Of a stretch of DNA of 64,000 nucleotides, positions 1 to 10,032 are shown piece after piece. The stretch lies in NCBI GenBank assembly GCA_965215565.1, contig CBDCDZ010000004.1, positions 512,001 through 576,000 on the forward strand, given 5' to 3'. Within the stretch, counting starts at the first letter, position 1. The number at the start of each line of letters is the position of its first letter. Source of the stretch: Trueperaceae bacterium (GTDB taxonomy: Bacteria; Deinococcota; Deinococci; Deinococcales; Trueperaceae). Made by a program: the position numbers and the translations under genes. The notes beneath the pieces are model-generated. The model saw only the letters and a program-made list of their open reading frames with translations, had not been told where the DNA came from and made no database searches.

Positions 1-221
1 CAATCCAGCCCCAACCAGCGCAACTCCTCCAAGTTTCCCATGACGGCTTCGGCTACCGTACGCGGTCCGTCCAAATCCTCGACGCGCATGACGAACGCGC
101 CGCCTTGTGAACGGACACGTAACCAGGCGACTAACGCGGTGCGGGCGTTGCCTAGGTGCAACCATCCCGTCGGCGAAGGGGCGTAGCGCCCTCGTACGGA
201 GCGACTTGTAGAGGCTGACAT
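1..221 (-). CDS. gluQ: tRNA glutamyl-Q(34) synthetase GluQRS, 5' part (runs off window start)
   Basis: Manual translation from ATG at 221 gives MSASTSRSVRGRYAPSPTGWLHLGNARTALVAWLRVRSQGGAFVMRVEDLDGPRT...LRWLGLD. It has the HIGH-type motif and the GluQ-like RVEDLD motif. Not in the ORF track because it is truncated. Confidence 0.85.
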   Translation of the reverse strand, partial: MSASTSRSVRGRYAPSPTGWLHLGNARTALVAWLRVRSQGGAFVMRVEDLDGPRTVAEAVMGNLEELRWLGLD

Positions 222-529
222 CAATGTGAGTTTACCTTGTTGAAAGATGGCGGTGAGGTAGGGGCTGCGCGGGGAGAGCGATTGGACGAGGCGACGGAGA
301 AGTCAGTAATCAGTGACCGCCTTCCTACTGACTCCTGGATGCTAGCTACTGTCTACTTGCTAAGCATTTGTAACGCGATGTACTTTCATACTCGAGTGAG
401 AACGCCCACAATGGAAGGTAAGTAAATAGGGGGAGGGGTCTGCCACGACCTGAAAGTCTCATTTCCTTACTATCTTCGAGTGCCAACGTTGAGTACCAAA
501 GAGCCTTGCGGCTCGGAATGGAGACGCGC

Positions 530-994
530 ATGTCCGATCAAAACCAGAACAAAGACACCTCGCAGCAAGCCAAAGAGCAGGCGCAAGAGGCGAAGGGCAA
601 AGTAGAGGGTAAAGCGCAAGAGGCGCGGCGCGAAGCCGAACAGAGCGCCGAGCAAGAGGCGAAAAAGCGCAAGAGCCAAGTCGTCAGTCAAGTCAGCAAC
701 GTCGCGCAAGCTCTCCACAAGGCGAGCGAGCAGCTCCGCGAGGACAATCAGGACGACTTGGCGGGCTACACCGAGCAGGTGGCGAACCGCGTCGAGCAGG
801 TGTCGGATTACTTAGAGGAACAAGGCGTCAGGGGCGTCGCGCAGGATGTCGAGAAGTTCGCGCGGCGGCAGCCGAGCCTCTTTATCGGCGGCGCGGTGGC
901 GTTAGGGCTCGTCGGCGCGCGCTTTTTGAAAAGCTCGAAGCCGAGTGGTGGGGGTAGCTCCTACGATTCTGGTAGCAACCGGGGGCGCTACTAG
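530..994 (+). CDS. Hydrophilic LEA-like/helical stress protein with ElaB/YqjD-like C-terminal membrane anchor
   Basis: Q/E/K/A-rich helical N-terminus and C-terminal FARRQPSLFIGGAVALGLVGARFLK. Start moved to ATG 530 after GGAG. Confidence 0.65.
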   Translation: MSDQNQNKDTSQQAKEQAQEAKGKVEGKAQEARREAEQSAEQEAKKRKSQVVSQVSNVAQALHKASEQLREDNQDDLAGYTEQVANRVEQVSDYLEEQGVRGVAQDVEKFARRQPSLFIGGAVALGLVGARFLKSSKPSGGGSSYDSGSNRGRY

Positions 995-1411
995 ATGGCG
1001 GACAAAACGGATAGAGCGGATAAGCCCGACCCCAATGAGCGTCCCTTAGGCGAACTCTTCGCAGATTTGGCGGACGACTTAGGGCTCCTCATCCGCCAAG
1101 AGGTGGCGCTCGCTAAGTCCGAAATCGGTCACGAGATTTCTAAAGCGGTGGGCGGCGCAAGCTCGGTGGTCTACGGCGGCTTCATCGCCATCGCGGGCGT
1201 GTTCGTCCTCTACGCCGCGCTCATCTTGCTGCTCGCGCTCGTGGTGCCCACCTGGGCGTCCGCGCTCATTATCGGCGGTATCTTTTTTCTCATCGGCTTG
1301 ATTCTAGCGATTCGCGGCTGGGCGGACATTAAAAACATGGACCTGACGCCGAAGCGAACGGTCAGGACCTTAGGCGAAGACGCCAAAGAAGTAACAGAAA
1401 GATTGCGGTGA
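995..1411 (+). CDS. Phage holin family (holin-X/YqjE-like) membrane protein
   Basis: ERPLGELFADLADDLGLLIRQEVALAKSE followed by two TM segments and PKRTVRTL. Confidence 0.8.
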   Translation: MADKTDRADKPDPNERPLGELFADLADDLGLLIRQEVALAKSEIGHEISKAVGGASSVVYGGFIAIAGVFVLYAALILLLALVVPTWASALIIGGIFFLIGLILAIRGWADIKNMDLTPKRTVRTLGEDAKEVTERLR

Positions 1412-1418
1412 GGCTAAG

Positions 1419-2393
1419 ATGAGCGACCAAAACAACAAGGATTCGAATAGTAGGGACGCAGACGACATCGAGTCGAACATCGAACAGACGCGCACGCAGT
1501 TAGGCGACGACGTCGAAGCGATCACCTATCAGCTCAGCCCGGAGCGCTACAAAGAGCAGCTCAAGCAGCGCACCGAAGGGGTGCAGAGCGCGGTGTCGCA
1601 AGGGCTCACAGACGCGGTGGACAACGCGGGGGCGTACTCGAGGCGCGCCAGCCGAGGCTTCTTAGAGCGCCTAGAAGACGACCCACTGCCCGCTGTTTTA
1701 GTGGCGCTAGGCGTGAGCGTGCTCGCGATTGGTGGAGCGTTGAGTGGCTCGAGCACAAATGACGAGCTTGATTTAGACTACCCGCGCGACCGCTTTCCGC
1801 AGGACCGTCCGGGCGGGGGCAACCTTCGCAACAGCCTAAGCGGTCCCGAGTATGGGCGCACCATCGGCGACGCCCCGAACGCAGGCGCACTCTCCGGCGA
1901 CCAGAACCTACCGACTAGTGGCGTAGATGAGTACGACTACACGGGTGACGGTCCTAGCTATGACCCCGACCACGACGAAGCGAGTCGCGAAGCTGAGCGC
2001 AGAGCCAGACGCGAGGCGTACAGGGCGAAGCGCGGTTTAGCGCGGCTCGTCGGCGACCACCCGCTCATCGCCGGGTCAATCATCACCTTAGCGGGCATGG
2101 CGCTCGGTCTTTCCGCCCCGAGTACCAAGCAAGAGGACAGACTCATGGGGCGCGAGAGTGACAAGTTCAAAGCGCAAGCCGAGCGCAGCGCCCGTCAGAC
2201 CAGGAGGGTGGCAGCGAAAAGCTACAAGAGCGCGAAGGAAACGGCGAAAGAGGAAGCAGACAGGCAAGACTTAAACGAAGGACGAGAGTCTGCGCGAGGC
2301 GCAGGCTCTAAAGTTCAGGCTGTGGCTAAAGAAGCCACAAAGGACGCGAAGAACACCGCTGAAGAGAAGGGGAAGAAGGGCTCTAGACGCTGA
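1419..2393 (+). CDS. DUF3618 domain-containing protein
   Basis: N-terminal DIESNIEQTRTQLGDDVEAI motif, internal membrane anchors and the PSTKQEDRLMG motif. Typical partner of holin-X genes. Confidence 0.75.
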   Translation: MSDQNNKDSNSRDADDIESNIEQTRTQLGDDVEAITYQLSPERYKEQLKQRTEGVQSAVSQGLTDAVDNAGAYSRRASRGFLERLEDDPLPAVLVALGVSVLAIGGALSGSSTNDELDLDYPRDRFPQDRPGGGNLRNSLSGPEYGRTIGDAPNAGALSGDQNLPTSGVDEYDYTGDGPSYDPDHDEASREAERRARREAYRAKRGLARLVGDHPLIAGSIITLAGMALGLSAPSTKQEDRLMGRESDKFKAQAERSARQTRRVAAKSYKSAKETAKEEADRQDLNEGRESARGAGSKVQAVAKEATKDAKNTAEEKGKKGSRR

Positions 2394-2411
2394 CGCTCAC
2401 TTAGAGGTGAT

Positions 2412-2440
2412 AAGGCGGGCTATCCAAAGCCCGCCTTTTT
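2412..2440 (+). terminator. Intrinsic terminator
   Basis: AAGGCGGGCT/AGCCCGCCTT stem followed by a T-run. Confidence 0.75.
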
Positions 2441-2492
2441 CTTGCACCATTTAGCACTTCCAGAACTTACTGAGACGGATTGCCGCAGCTTA

Positions 2493-2879
2493 ACGGAACC
2501 TCATCTCTGAAGGTGGGTGCTCATCAATGTTTTCTACAGCGAGAGTGTTGCTTCGCTTACGAAGTTTCCCTTTCGCATACAGGTGATCACTGAACAGGTA
2601 AAGGCTAAGAGCCTGGTGAGCTTTGCTCTAACCTGAGGTGAAGGCTAAGAGCCTAGTGAGCTTTGCTCTAACCTATGCGAACGGTTTTCAACCGTAAGGC
2701 TAAGAGCCTGAACGATAACCGGGAGCTTTGCCCAAGCTGACCAGTTGCGAACTGACTTTTTGCTAAACCGTAACCTGTGCGAAAACGGTGCCCCCTTTTG
2801 GGGATGAACGATAACCGGGAATGGCTTCGCCCAAGCTGACCAGTTCCGAACGAAGTGAGACTGACTTTGATACCTGCTA
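2493..2879. repeat. Expanded copy of the GCAGGTATCA intergenic repeat family with internal tandem modules
   Basis: Ends in TGATACCTGCTA (2868-2879) and shares GAGAGTGTTGCTTCGC (2541-2556) with 43385-43400. Contains 34-bp direct repeats at 2601-2634 and 2641-2674. Confidence 0.65.
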
Positions 2880-2920
2880 ATTACTGTAGGTCTACTCTCT
2901 CATTGATGAGCCAATAAGCG

Positions 2921-3406
2921 CTACACATCTTCCTTCTCTTTACTCGAGCGCGCATAGTTAAACGCGGCGAGTGACAAGATCACAAGTGCCGCCGCGCTAC
3001 CCAGAATCAAGATATCAAGGCCGCCCTCCCGTTCGACCATGCTGGTGAAAAAGTCGACCGCTGTGACCACGACGACCACGCTGATGAGCTTATCTTTAAG
3101 ATCGTTTAACGAGGTGATGTCGAGCCAAGGGGGTAGGTACTCCAAGCGCCCGATAAAGAGCCCGTAAAGACCGATGCCGATAATGAGCAGCGCCGCCGCA
3201 ATCAGCGCAGCGTCCGCCTGTTTAACAGCGGCAACGATGAGCGTCTCAGTCGTGTCCTTGCTGCCTAAACTGAGCCAGAGGTCTCGGTTCATATAGAGCG
3301 TTACGACACGTGCACCAACCGCTAGTGAGAGCAGTAAGGCAATGAGGAGGCTCGAGACGGAGCCAATGATCACAATAAAACGGCTTAGACCGACGATGCG
3401 CCTCAC
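2921..3406 (-). CDS. YqhA (UPF0114) family membrane protein
   Basis: Four TM segments and the family motif GLYGLFIG...LPPWLDITSLNDLKDKL. Confidence 0.85.
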   Translation of the reverse strand: MRRIVGLSRFIVIIGSVSSLLIALLLSLAVGARVVTLYMNRDLWLSLGSKDTTETLIVAAVKQADAALIAAALLIIGIGLYGLFIGRLEYLPPWLDITSLNDLKDKLISVVVVVTAVDFFTSMVEREGGLDILILGSAAALVILSLAAFNYARSSKEKEDV

Positions 3407-3537
3407 AGTCGGTGAAATTCCCGGAGCGGATGGTGCGTAGTTTGCGCCGCAGCATAGAATTTTTGCGTCATGGAACCTAGTCTAACGCACGTGACGTCCC
3501 AGAAGAACCGCGACTCCTCTGCAAGCTGATTGAGTTA

Positions 3538-3613
3538 GCAGGTATCATCTGGTTTGAAACGCTCGCACTGTAAATAGTGCTGTCTAGCGCGCACGTTTTA
3601 GGATGATACCTGC
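3538..3613 (+). repeat. 76-bp intergenic repeat element with 12-bp terminal inverted repeat
   Basis: GCAGGTATCATC (3538-3549) and GATGATACCTGC (3602-3613). Homologous to 17020-17095 in reverse orientation. Confidence 0.8.
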
Positions 3614-3822
3614 ACTTTTCTGTCTCAGTATACTATGGAACTGCTAAGCGTAAGAAAGTTTTTGAAAGATGTTTGAACTGCCCTACGGGTTTAGTTACAG
3701 CGTAAAGCTTTTGGTTCAAATCAAGTACTGTCTCCTTTCAGAAGGGAGCTGAAAAGCTCTACGGGCTGCCAAAAGGCTAAGTCTGAAAGCACACGAGGTA
3801 TTTCACCTTTCAGCCTCTTCAG

Positions 3823-3851
3823 TTGACACCTCCCCCACGCCCACGTATACT
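3823..3851 (+). promoter_or_regulatory. sigma70-type promoter of the leu operon leader
   Basis: TTGACA-N17-TATACT. Confidence 0.85.
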
Positions 3852-3859
3852 CATGAGCA

Positions 3860-3919
3860 ATGTTCACCCTAGCCGCCAACCTACAGCTACAAATTCGCTT
3901 CGGGGTTGTCGCCGCGTAG
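3860..3919 (+). CDS. Putative leu operon leader peptide (19 aa, [19 protein letters not shown])
   Basis: ATG lies 8 nt after the -10 box. All three Leu codons are CTA. The 3' part overlaps the antiterminator arm. Confidence 0.7.
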   Translation: MFTLAANLQLQIRFGVVAA

Positions 3920-3944
3920 AACTTTTTTATTTCACGCTTCACAG

Positions 3945-3976
3945 ACACCCTCGGACCCAACCGAGGGTGTTTTTTT
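3945..3976 (+). terminator. Attenuator terminator upstream of leuC
   Basis: Perfect ACACCCTCGG/CCGAGGGTGT stem followed by 7 T, 14 nt before the leuC ATG. Confidence 0.85.
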
Positions 3977-3989
3977 AGAGAGGACGAGC

Positions 3990-5426
3990 ATGTCAGACAG
4001 TACGTCTAAAAACTTATACGAAAAGGTGTGGGACGCCCATAAGGTGCGCACCTTGGGGAGCGGACAAACTCAACTCCTCATCGGCACCCACCTCATCCAC
4101 GAGGTCACGAGCCCGCAAGCCTTTGGGATGCTCCGCGATTTAGGTGTAGGGGTCAAGATGCCGCACCGCACCTTTGCGACGGTGGACCACATCGTCCCCA
4201 CGGACCAGCGCGAAGAACCGTTTGCTGACCCGCTGGCGGACGCAATGATTAAGGAACTCGCTAAGAACTGCGAGGAGTTCGGGATTACGTATTTTGACCT
4301 CTCGAGCGGCAGGCAAGGCATCGTCCACATGGTCGGCCCCGAGCAGGGCATCACCCAGCCCGGCACCACCATCGCCTGCGGCGACTCGCACACCGCCACC
4401 CACGGCGCGTTCGGGGCCATCGCCTTCGGCATCGGCACGAGTCAGGTAAGAGACGTTTTAGCCACCCAGACCATCGCCATGAACAAGCTCAAGGTGCGGC
4501 GCATTAACGTAGACGGAAGGCTCGGACCCGGCGTCTACGCTAAAGACGTCATCCTGCACATCATCCGCACGCTCGGCGTCAAGGGCGGGCTCGGCTTCGC
4601 CTACGAGTACGGCGGTGAGGTCTTTGACCGGATGAGCATGGAAGAGCGCATGACGGTCTGCAACATGTCCATCGAGGGGGGCGCACGCTGCGGCTACGTC
4701 AACCCGGACGAGACGACGTTCGAATATTTGCAAGGACGCCCGTACGCGCCGACAGGTCAGGAATGGGACGAGGCGGTAGAGCGCTGGCGCTGGGTTGCTT
4801 CGGACGAGGGCTGCCACTACGACGACGTGGTGAATATCCGCGCCGAGGACATCGCGCCTACTGTCACCTGGGGCATCAATCCGGGACAAGCGATTTTTAT
4901 CGACGAGAACGTGCCGACTGTGGAAGGTGCGAAAGAGAGCGAGAAAGCCGCGATTGAAGAGGCGCTAGAGCACATGAAGCTCACGCCCGGCGCACCGATT
5001 CAAGGTACACCCATTGACGTGGCGTTCTTTGGAAGCTGTACCAACGGGCGGCTCACGGACTTTGTGGAGGTGGCGAAGTACTTAGAAGGCTACAAGGTTA
5101 AGGAGGGCATCAAAGCCATCGCCGTACCGGGTTCGCAGATCGTCGGGAAACTCTGCGCGGAGATGGGGATTGACCAGGTCTTCCGCGACGCGGGCTTCGA
5201 GTGGCGCGAGGCGGGCTGTTCGATGTGCTTGGCGATGAACCCCGACAAGCTCGTGGGCGATCAGCTCTGCGCGAGTTCGAGTAACCGCAACTTCAAAGGG
5301 CGGCAAGGCTCGGTCACGGGGCGCACGGTCTTGATGAGCCCGGTGATGGTGGCGGCGGCGGCGATTACGGGGGTTGTGAATGATGCGAGGGAGGTTTTTG
5401 GCGTGAAGGAAGCGGTTAGCTCTTAG
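3990..5426 (+). CDS. leuC: 3-isopropylmalate dehydratase large subunit
   Basis: [31 protein letters not shown] and [10 protein letters not shown] motifs. Start set at ATG 3990 after GAGGA. Confidence 0.97.
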   Translation: MSDSTSKNLYEKVWDAHKVRTLGSGQTQLLIGTHLIHEVTSPQAFGMLRDLGVGVKMPHRTFATVDHIVPTDQREEPFADPLADAMIKELAKNCEEFGITYFDLSSGRQGIVHMVGPEQGITQPGTTIACGDSHTATHGAFGAIAFGIGTSQVRDVLATQTIAMNKLKVRRINVDGRLGPGVYAKDVILHIIRTLGVKGGLGFAYEYGGEVFDRMSMEERMTVCNMSIEGGARCGYVNPDETTFEYLQGRPYAPTGQEWDEAVERWRWVASDEGCHYDDVVNIRAEDIAPTVTWGINPGQAIFIDENVPTVEGAKESEKAAIEEALEHMKLTPGAPIQGTPIDVAFFGSCTNGRLTDFVEVAKYLEGYKVKEGIKAIAVPGSQIVGKLCAEMGIDQVFRDAGFEWREAGCSMCLAMNPDKLVGDQLCASSSNRNFKGRQGSVTGRTVLMSPVMVAAAAITGVVNDAREVFGVKEAVSS

Positions 5427-5441
5427 CCAAAACTTAGCACC

Positions 5442-5588
5442 ATGTCATTCTGAACGGAGCGTTAGCGGAGTGAAGAATCTCTGCATTCGCCTACTCTGGT
5501 TGAGATTGCAGAACGAGACCCTTCGCATTCGCAAGGCTCCGCGTCGCGTGGATCGCTCCCGCTAGCGACTTCGTGAACAGGGTGACAT
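5442..5588. repeat. TGTCA/CGTC-type REP-like palindromic element
   Basis: ATGTCATTCTGAACGGAGC...GAAGAATCTC...GAGACCCTTCGC...CAGGGTGACAT, with imperfect terminal inverted repeats. Confidence 0.7.
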
Positions 5589-5613
5589 CTAAGAGGTCAC
5601 TAGAAAGAAATCT

Positions 5614-6228
5614 ATGAGTATCAAAGAGAAAAAATTAGCACCCGAAGTCTTGGAATCTCTCCAACACGCCGCCAAAGACGCGGGCTTCGATATGATGTCC
5701 GACCCGCTCACAGGCAACCTCTTAGCGACTTTAGCCGCGAGCAAACCGGGCGGGCGGCTCTTAGAGCTTGGCACGGGCGTCGGCTTAGGTACGGCGTGGC
5801 TGCTGAGCGGGATGGATAAAAAAGCGAGCCTCGAGACCGTCGAACTCAATGCTGACTTGACCTCCATTGCTGAGGAGCATTTGGGAAGTGACGAGAGGTT
5901 GAAAATTTGCACGGAGGATGGGCTCGAGTTTCTCAACCGCGCACAGGGTCAAACATACGACCTCATCTTCGCTGACACCTTCCCCGGCAAAATCGACCAG
6001 CCCGAGTTGGCGCTGAACTTAGTCGCACCGGGCGGCTTCTACATCATCGACGATCTCAACTTAGCGTGGCAAGAACGGGACGAAATCGAAAACCCCGACG
6101 ACTTCATCCTCAACATCTGGCAGGGTCAGCGGCGGGTGATTGAGGTGCTCAAGGAGCGGGAGGACTTCATCTCTACTGAAATGCGTTGGTCTACAGGCAT
6201 AATGATAAGTACAAAGAGAAAAGATTAA
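5614..6228 (+). CDS. Class I SAM-dependent O-methyltransferase
   Basis: LELGTGVG motif I, YDLIFAD and PGGFYIIDD. Confidence 0.88.
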   Translation: MSIKEKKLAPEVLESLQHAAKDAGFDMMSDPLTGNLLATLAASKPGGRLLELGTGVGLGTAWLLSGMDKKASLETVELNADLTSIAEEHLGSDERLKICTEDGLEFLNRAQGQTYDLIFADTFPGKIDQPELALNLVAPGGFYIIDDLNLAWQERDEIENPDDFILNIWQGQRRVIEVLKEREDFISTEMRWSTGIMISTKRKD

Positions 6229-6311
6229 AGGGAAAAGTAAAAAACCTCTTTTCTCTTTGACCTTTTCTCTTTAACCTTTCTTCTCTAATTTCACTCTCTC
6301 TGGAGGAAAAC

Positions 6312-6914
<603 letters not shown>

Positions 6915-6931
6915 CGTATTGAACTGTTCTT

Positions 6932-7150
6932 ATGATTTCCTTAGAGCACAGCCCCATCCACTCCGACCCCGATATTTTGGGCGGAACCCTCGTTTTTAGA
7001 GAGACGCGCGTTCAGGCGCAGACGCTTTTGGACTATCTGGACGACAGCTATACGTTAGAGGAGTTTCTGGAGAACTTCCCCTCCGTAAAGCGCCAAGACG
7101 CGGTGGACTTTTTGAGGTTGGCTAGGGCGAGTGAATATCCTTCTGGATGA
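6932..7150 (+). CDS. DUF433 antitoxin-like protein
   Basis: DPDILGGTLVFRETRV...EEFLENFPSV is typical of DUF433. Confidence 0.88.
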   Translation: MISLEHSPIHSDPDILGGTLVFRETRVQAQTLLDYLDDSYTLEEFLENFPSVKRQDAVDFLRLARASEYPSG

Positions 7151-7255
7151 AAACATCCCTCGCTACTTCAAGCGCGTACTCAAGGACTACAGCGTTACAA
7201 CGGTGCAAGAACTCGGTCTCTCTGGCACGAAAAATGGCGCACTCCTCTCGCTTCG
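7131..7255 (+). pseudogene. Truncated DUF5615/PIN (VapC45-like) toxin fragment
   Basis: MNILLDENIPR...VTTVQELGLSGTKNGALL matches a DUF5615 N-terminus and overlaps the DUF433 gene. Similarity stops after about 40 aa. Confidence 0.7.
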
Positions 7256-7271
7256 TATAGGAGATAACGTG

Positions 7272-7994
7272 ATGAAAACAGTTAAAGTTCTACTGATCGG
7301 CGCAGTTTGTTTCATCCTCAATGGTTGCGAGTCTGAGATTGATAAGTCAGGTACGTGGGAAGAAGTCGATGAGCAGACGCTGCGCTTCGTGGGCACTATT
7401 GATGAGCACACTCATGAGCGATTTCTTGAGACGATCACCCCGGAAATCACCACGCTACAAGTTCGCACTGATGGGGGCGAAGTCGAGCCAGGCTTAGCTG
7501 TCGGACAAGAGATACATAATCGTGAGCTTGACATCATTGTAGATGGCATGTGCAGCTCCTCTTGCGCGAACTATTGGTTTCCCGCAGGTAACAAGAAAAC
7601 CGTGCCTCTCGGCTCATGGGTAGGGTTTCATGGTAATCCTAGGGCTTCATCATATTACTCATCAGAAGATGCAGATATTGACGTTAAAGAAATGATTGAT
7701 AAGTTTACAGAACGTGAAGCCGCCTTTTACGACCTCATCGGTGTCAGGACAGACATTCTATATTTTTCGTCTGAAGTAGCACGTGCGTTTGAGAGGGGTA
7801 TGTACTTCCCCTCACCTGAGCAATTTGAGTGCTATGGCGTGAGTAATTTAGATGTGGATTACCCAGAAGGGTCTACCGATCATCTCTTTCTAGAGGTAGA
7901 TAGCCTCTTGTCCAGTTCCATTTACGATTTTCCTGTCACAACACAAGAGGTTAGAACTCGTCCCGAGCTTGCCAAAGGTCTGTGTAAAACCTGA
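7272..7994 (+). CDS. Lipoprotein with ClpP/crotonase-like domain
   Basis: Own RBS (AGGAGA) before GTG/ATG 7269/7272, lipobox LNGC, and TDGGEV...IVDGMCSSSCANY...VGFH. Lower GC than flanking genes. Confidence 0.7.
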   Translation: MKTVKVLLIGAVCFILNGCESEIDKSGTWEEVDEQTLRFVGTIDEHTHERFLETITPEITTLQVRTDGGEVEPGLAVGQEIHNRELDIIVDGMCSSSCANYWFPAGNKKTVPLGSWVGFHGNPRASSYYSSEDADIDVKEMIDKFTEREAAFYDLIGVRTDILYFSSEVARAFERGMYFPSPEQFECYGVSNLDVDYPEGSTDHLFLEVDSLLSSSIYDFPVTTQEVRTRPELAKGLCKT

Positions 7995-8066
7995 GTATCG
8001 TTTGAGTTTTAGATGCGGCTCGAAGCTAGTCAAAAACCTTCTCCAATTCGGTATAAGAGGTCAAAT

Positions 8067-8852
8067 GTGAACAGCGTGATACAGCCCAACGCCCAACCCG
8101 ACACCTGGTCTGAACGCACCGAAGGCTACACCAACGACGCGCTCTTTAGGGAGGGCTCTGACCTCTTCAAACTCGTCGCCTTAGCTCGCCCTACGTGGAG
8201 CGACATCTGTTTGGACATCGGCACGGGCGCGGGTCACACCGCCGCAATGCTGGCGAAGGGGACGAGCAGGGTCTTAGGCTTAGACCCCGCCGAGGGGATG
8301 GTGCGGAGCGCGATGGAAGCGCACGCGGGCGCAGGCAACTTAGAGTTCGCCTACGGCTTCGCGCACGACACGGGCGTGCCGAACGACTCCTTCGACCTCA
8401 TCACCGTGCGGCACGCGGCGCATCATTTCAACAACGTGCCGAGCTTTTTGAAAGAGGTCTCGAGGGTTCTCAAACCGGGCGGGCGCATGGTTATCGCCGA
8501 TGAAGTGACGCCGAATCCGCAGGTGGATGAGTGGTTCGACGCTTTGGAGCGGCTCCGCGACCCGAGCCACCACCGCGCCTACCTCATGCGCGAGTGGCGC
8601 GAGTACGTTCAGCAGTCGGGGCTGACGTGGGTTGTGGGCGACAGCGAGACGAAGCTGCATATCGACGTGAATTTGTGGTTGGCGCGGGCGAACTTATCGC
8701 ACGAGGACCGCGCCGCTGTGTACGAGCACTTTCTCATCGCCTCACCCGAAGAGCGCTCAGCTCTCAAAATCAAGTTCGAGGGCAACACCGCGATGAGTTT
8801 CGAGTTGAGTGTCGGCATGATGCTCGTTACGAAACCTCTTGAAGCTAGCTGA
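8067..8852 (+). CDS. Class I SAM-dependent methyltransferase (YcgJ/UbiE-like)
   Basis: LDIGTGAGH, FDLITVRHAAHHF, RVLKPGG and RLRDPSH motifs. GTG start after AAGAGG. Confidence 0.88.
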   Translation: MNSVIQPNAQPDTWSERTEGYTNDALFREGSDLFKLVALARPTWSDICLDIGTGAGHTAAMLAKGTSRVLGLDPAEGMVRSAMEAHAGAGNLEFAYGFAHDTGVPNDSFDLITVRHAAHHFNNVPSFLKEVSRVLKPGGRMVIADEVTPNPQVDEWFDALERLRDPSHHRAYLMREWREYVQQSGLTWVVGDSETKLHIDVNLWLARANLSHEDRAAVYEHFLIASPEERSALKIKFEGNTAMSFELSVGMMLVTKPLEAS

Positions 8853-9935
<1,083 letters not shown>

Positions 9936-10032
9936 ACGAGAACGAACACGCAATGTGTTGAGCAAGGGACCGGGTAGTCTCTTGCTCTTCTCGTTCTTAT
10001 CAATCTCAGAAGAGTGGAAACGGGAACAAGCG

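Noticed and set aside
2601..2710. 34-bp direct repeats as a CRISPR array
   Set aside because: Only two full copies separated by 6 nt, the third is partial, and there are no unique spacers or cas genes.
3538..3613. Repeat family as integron attC sites
   Set aside because: Ends lack RYYYAAC/GTTRRRY cores, copies flank core genes, and no integrase is present.
3640..3976. T-box riboswitch upstream of leuC
   Set aside because: No GGTGGNACCGCG T-box motif. The promoter lies too close to the terminator, and a leader-peptide model fits better.
7131..7994. Single 287-aa protein as given in the ORF track
   Set aside because: An internal RBS, signal peptide and lipobox indicate a toxin remnant plus a separate lipoprotein.
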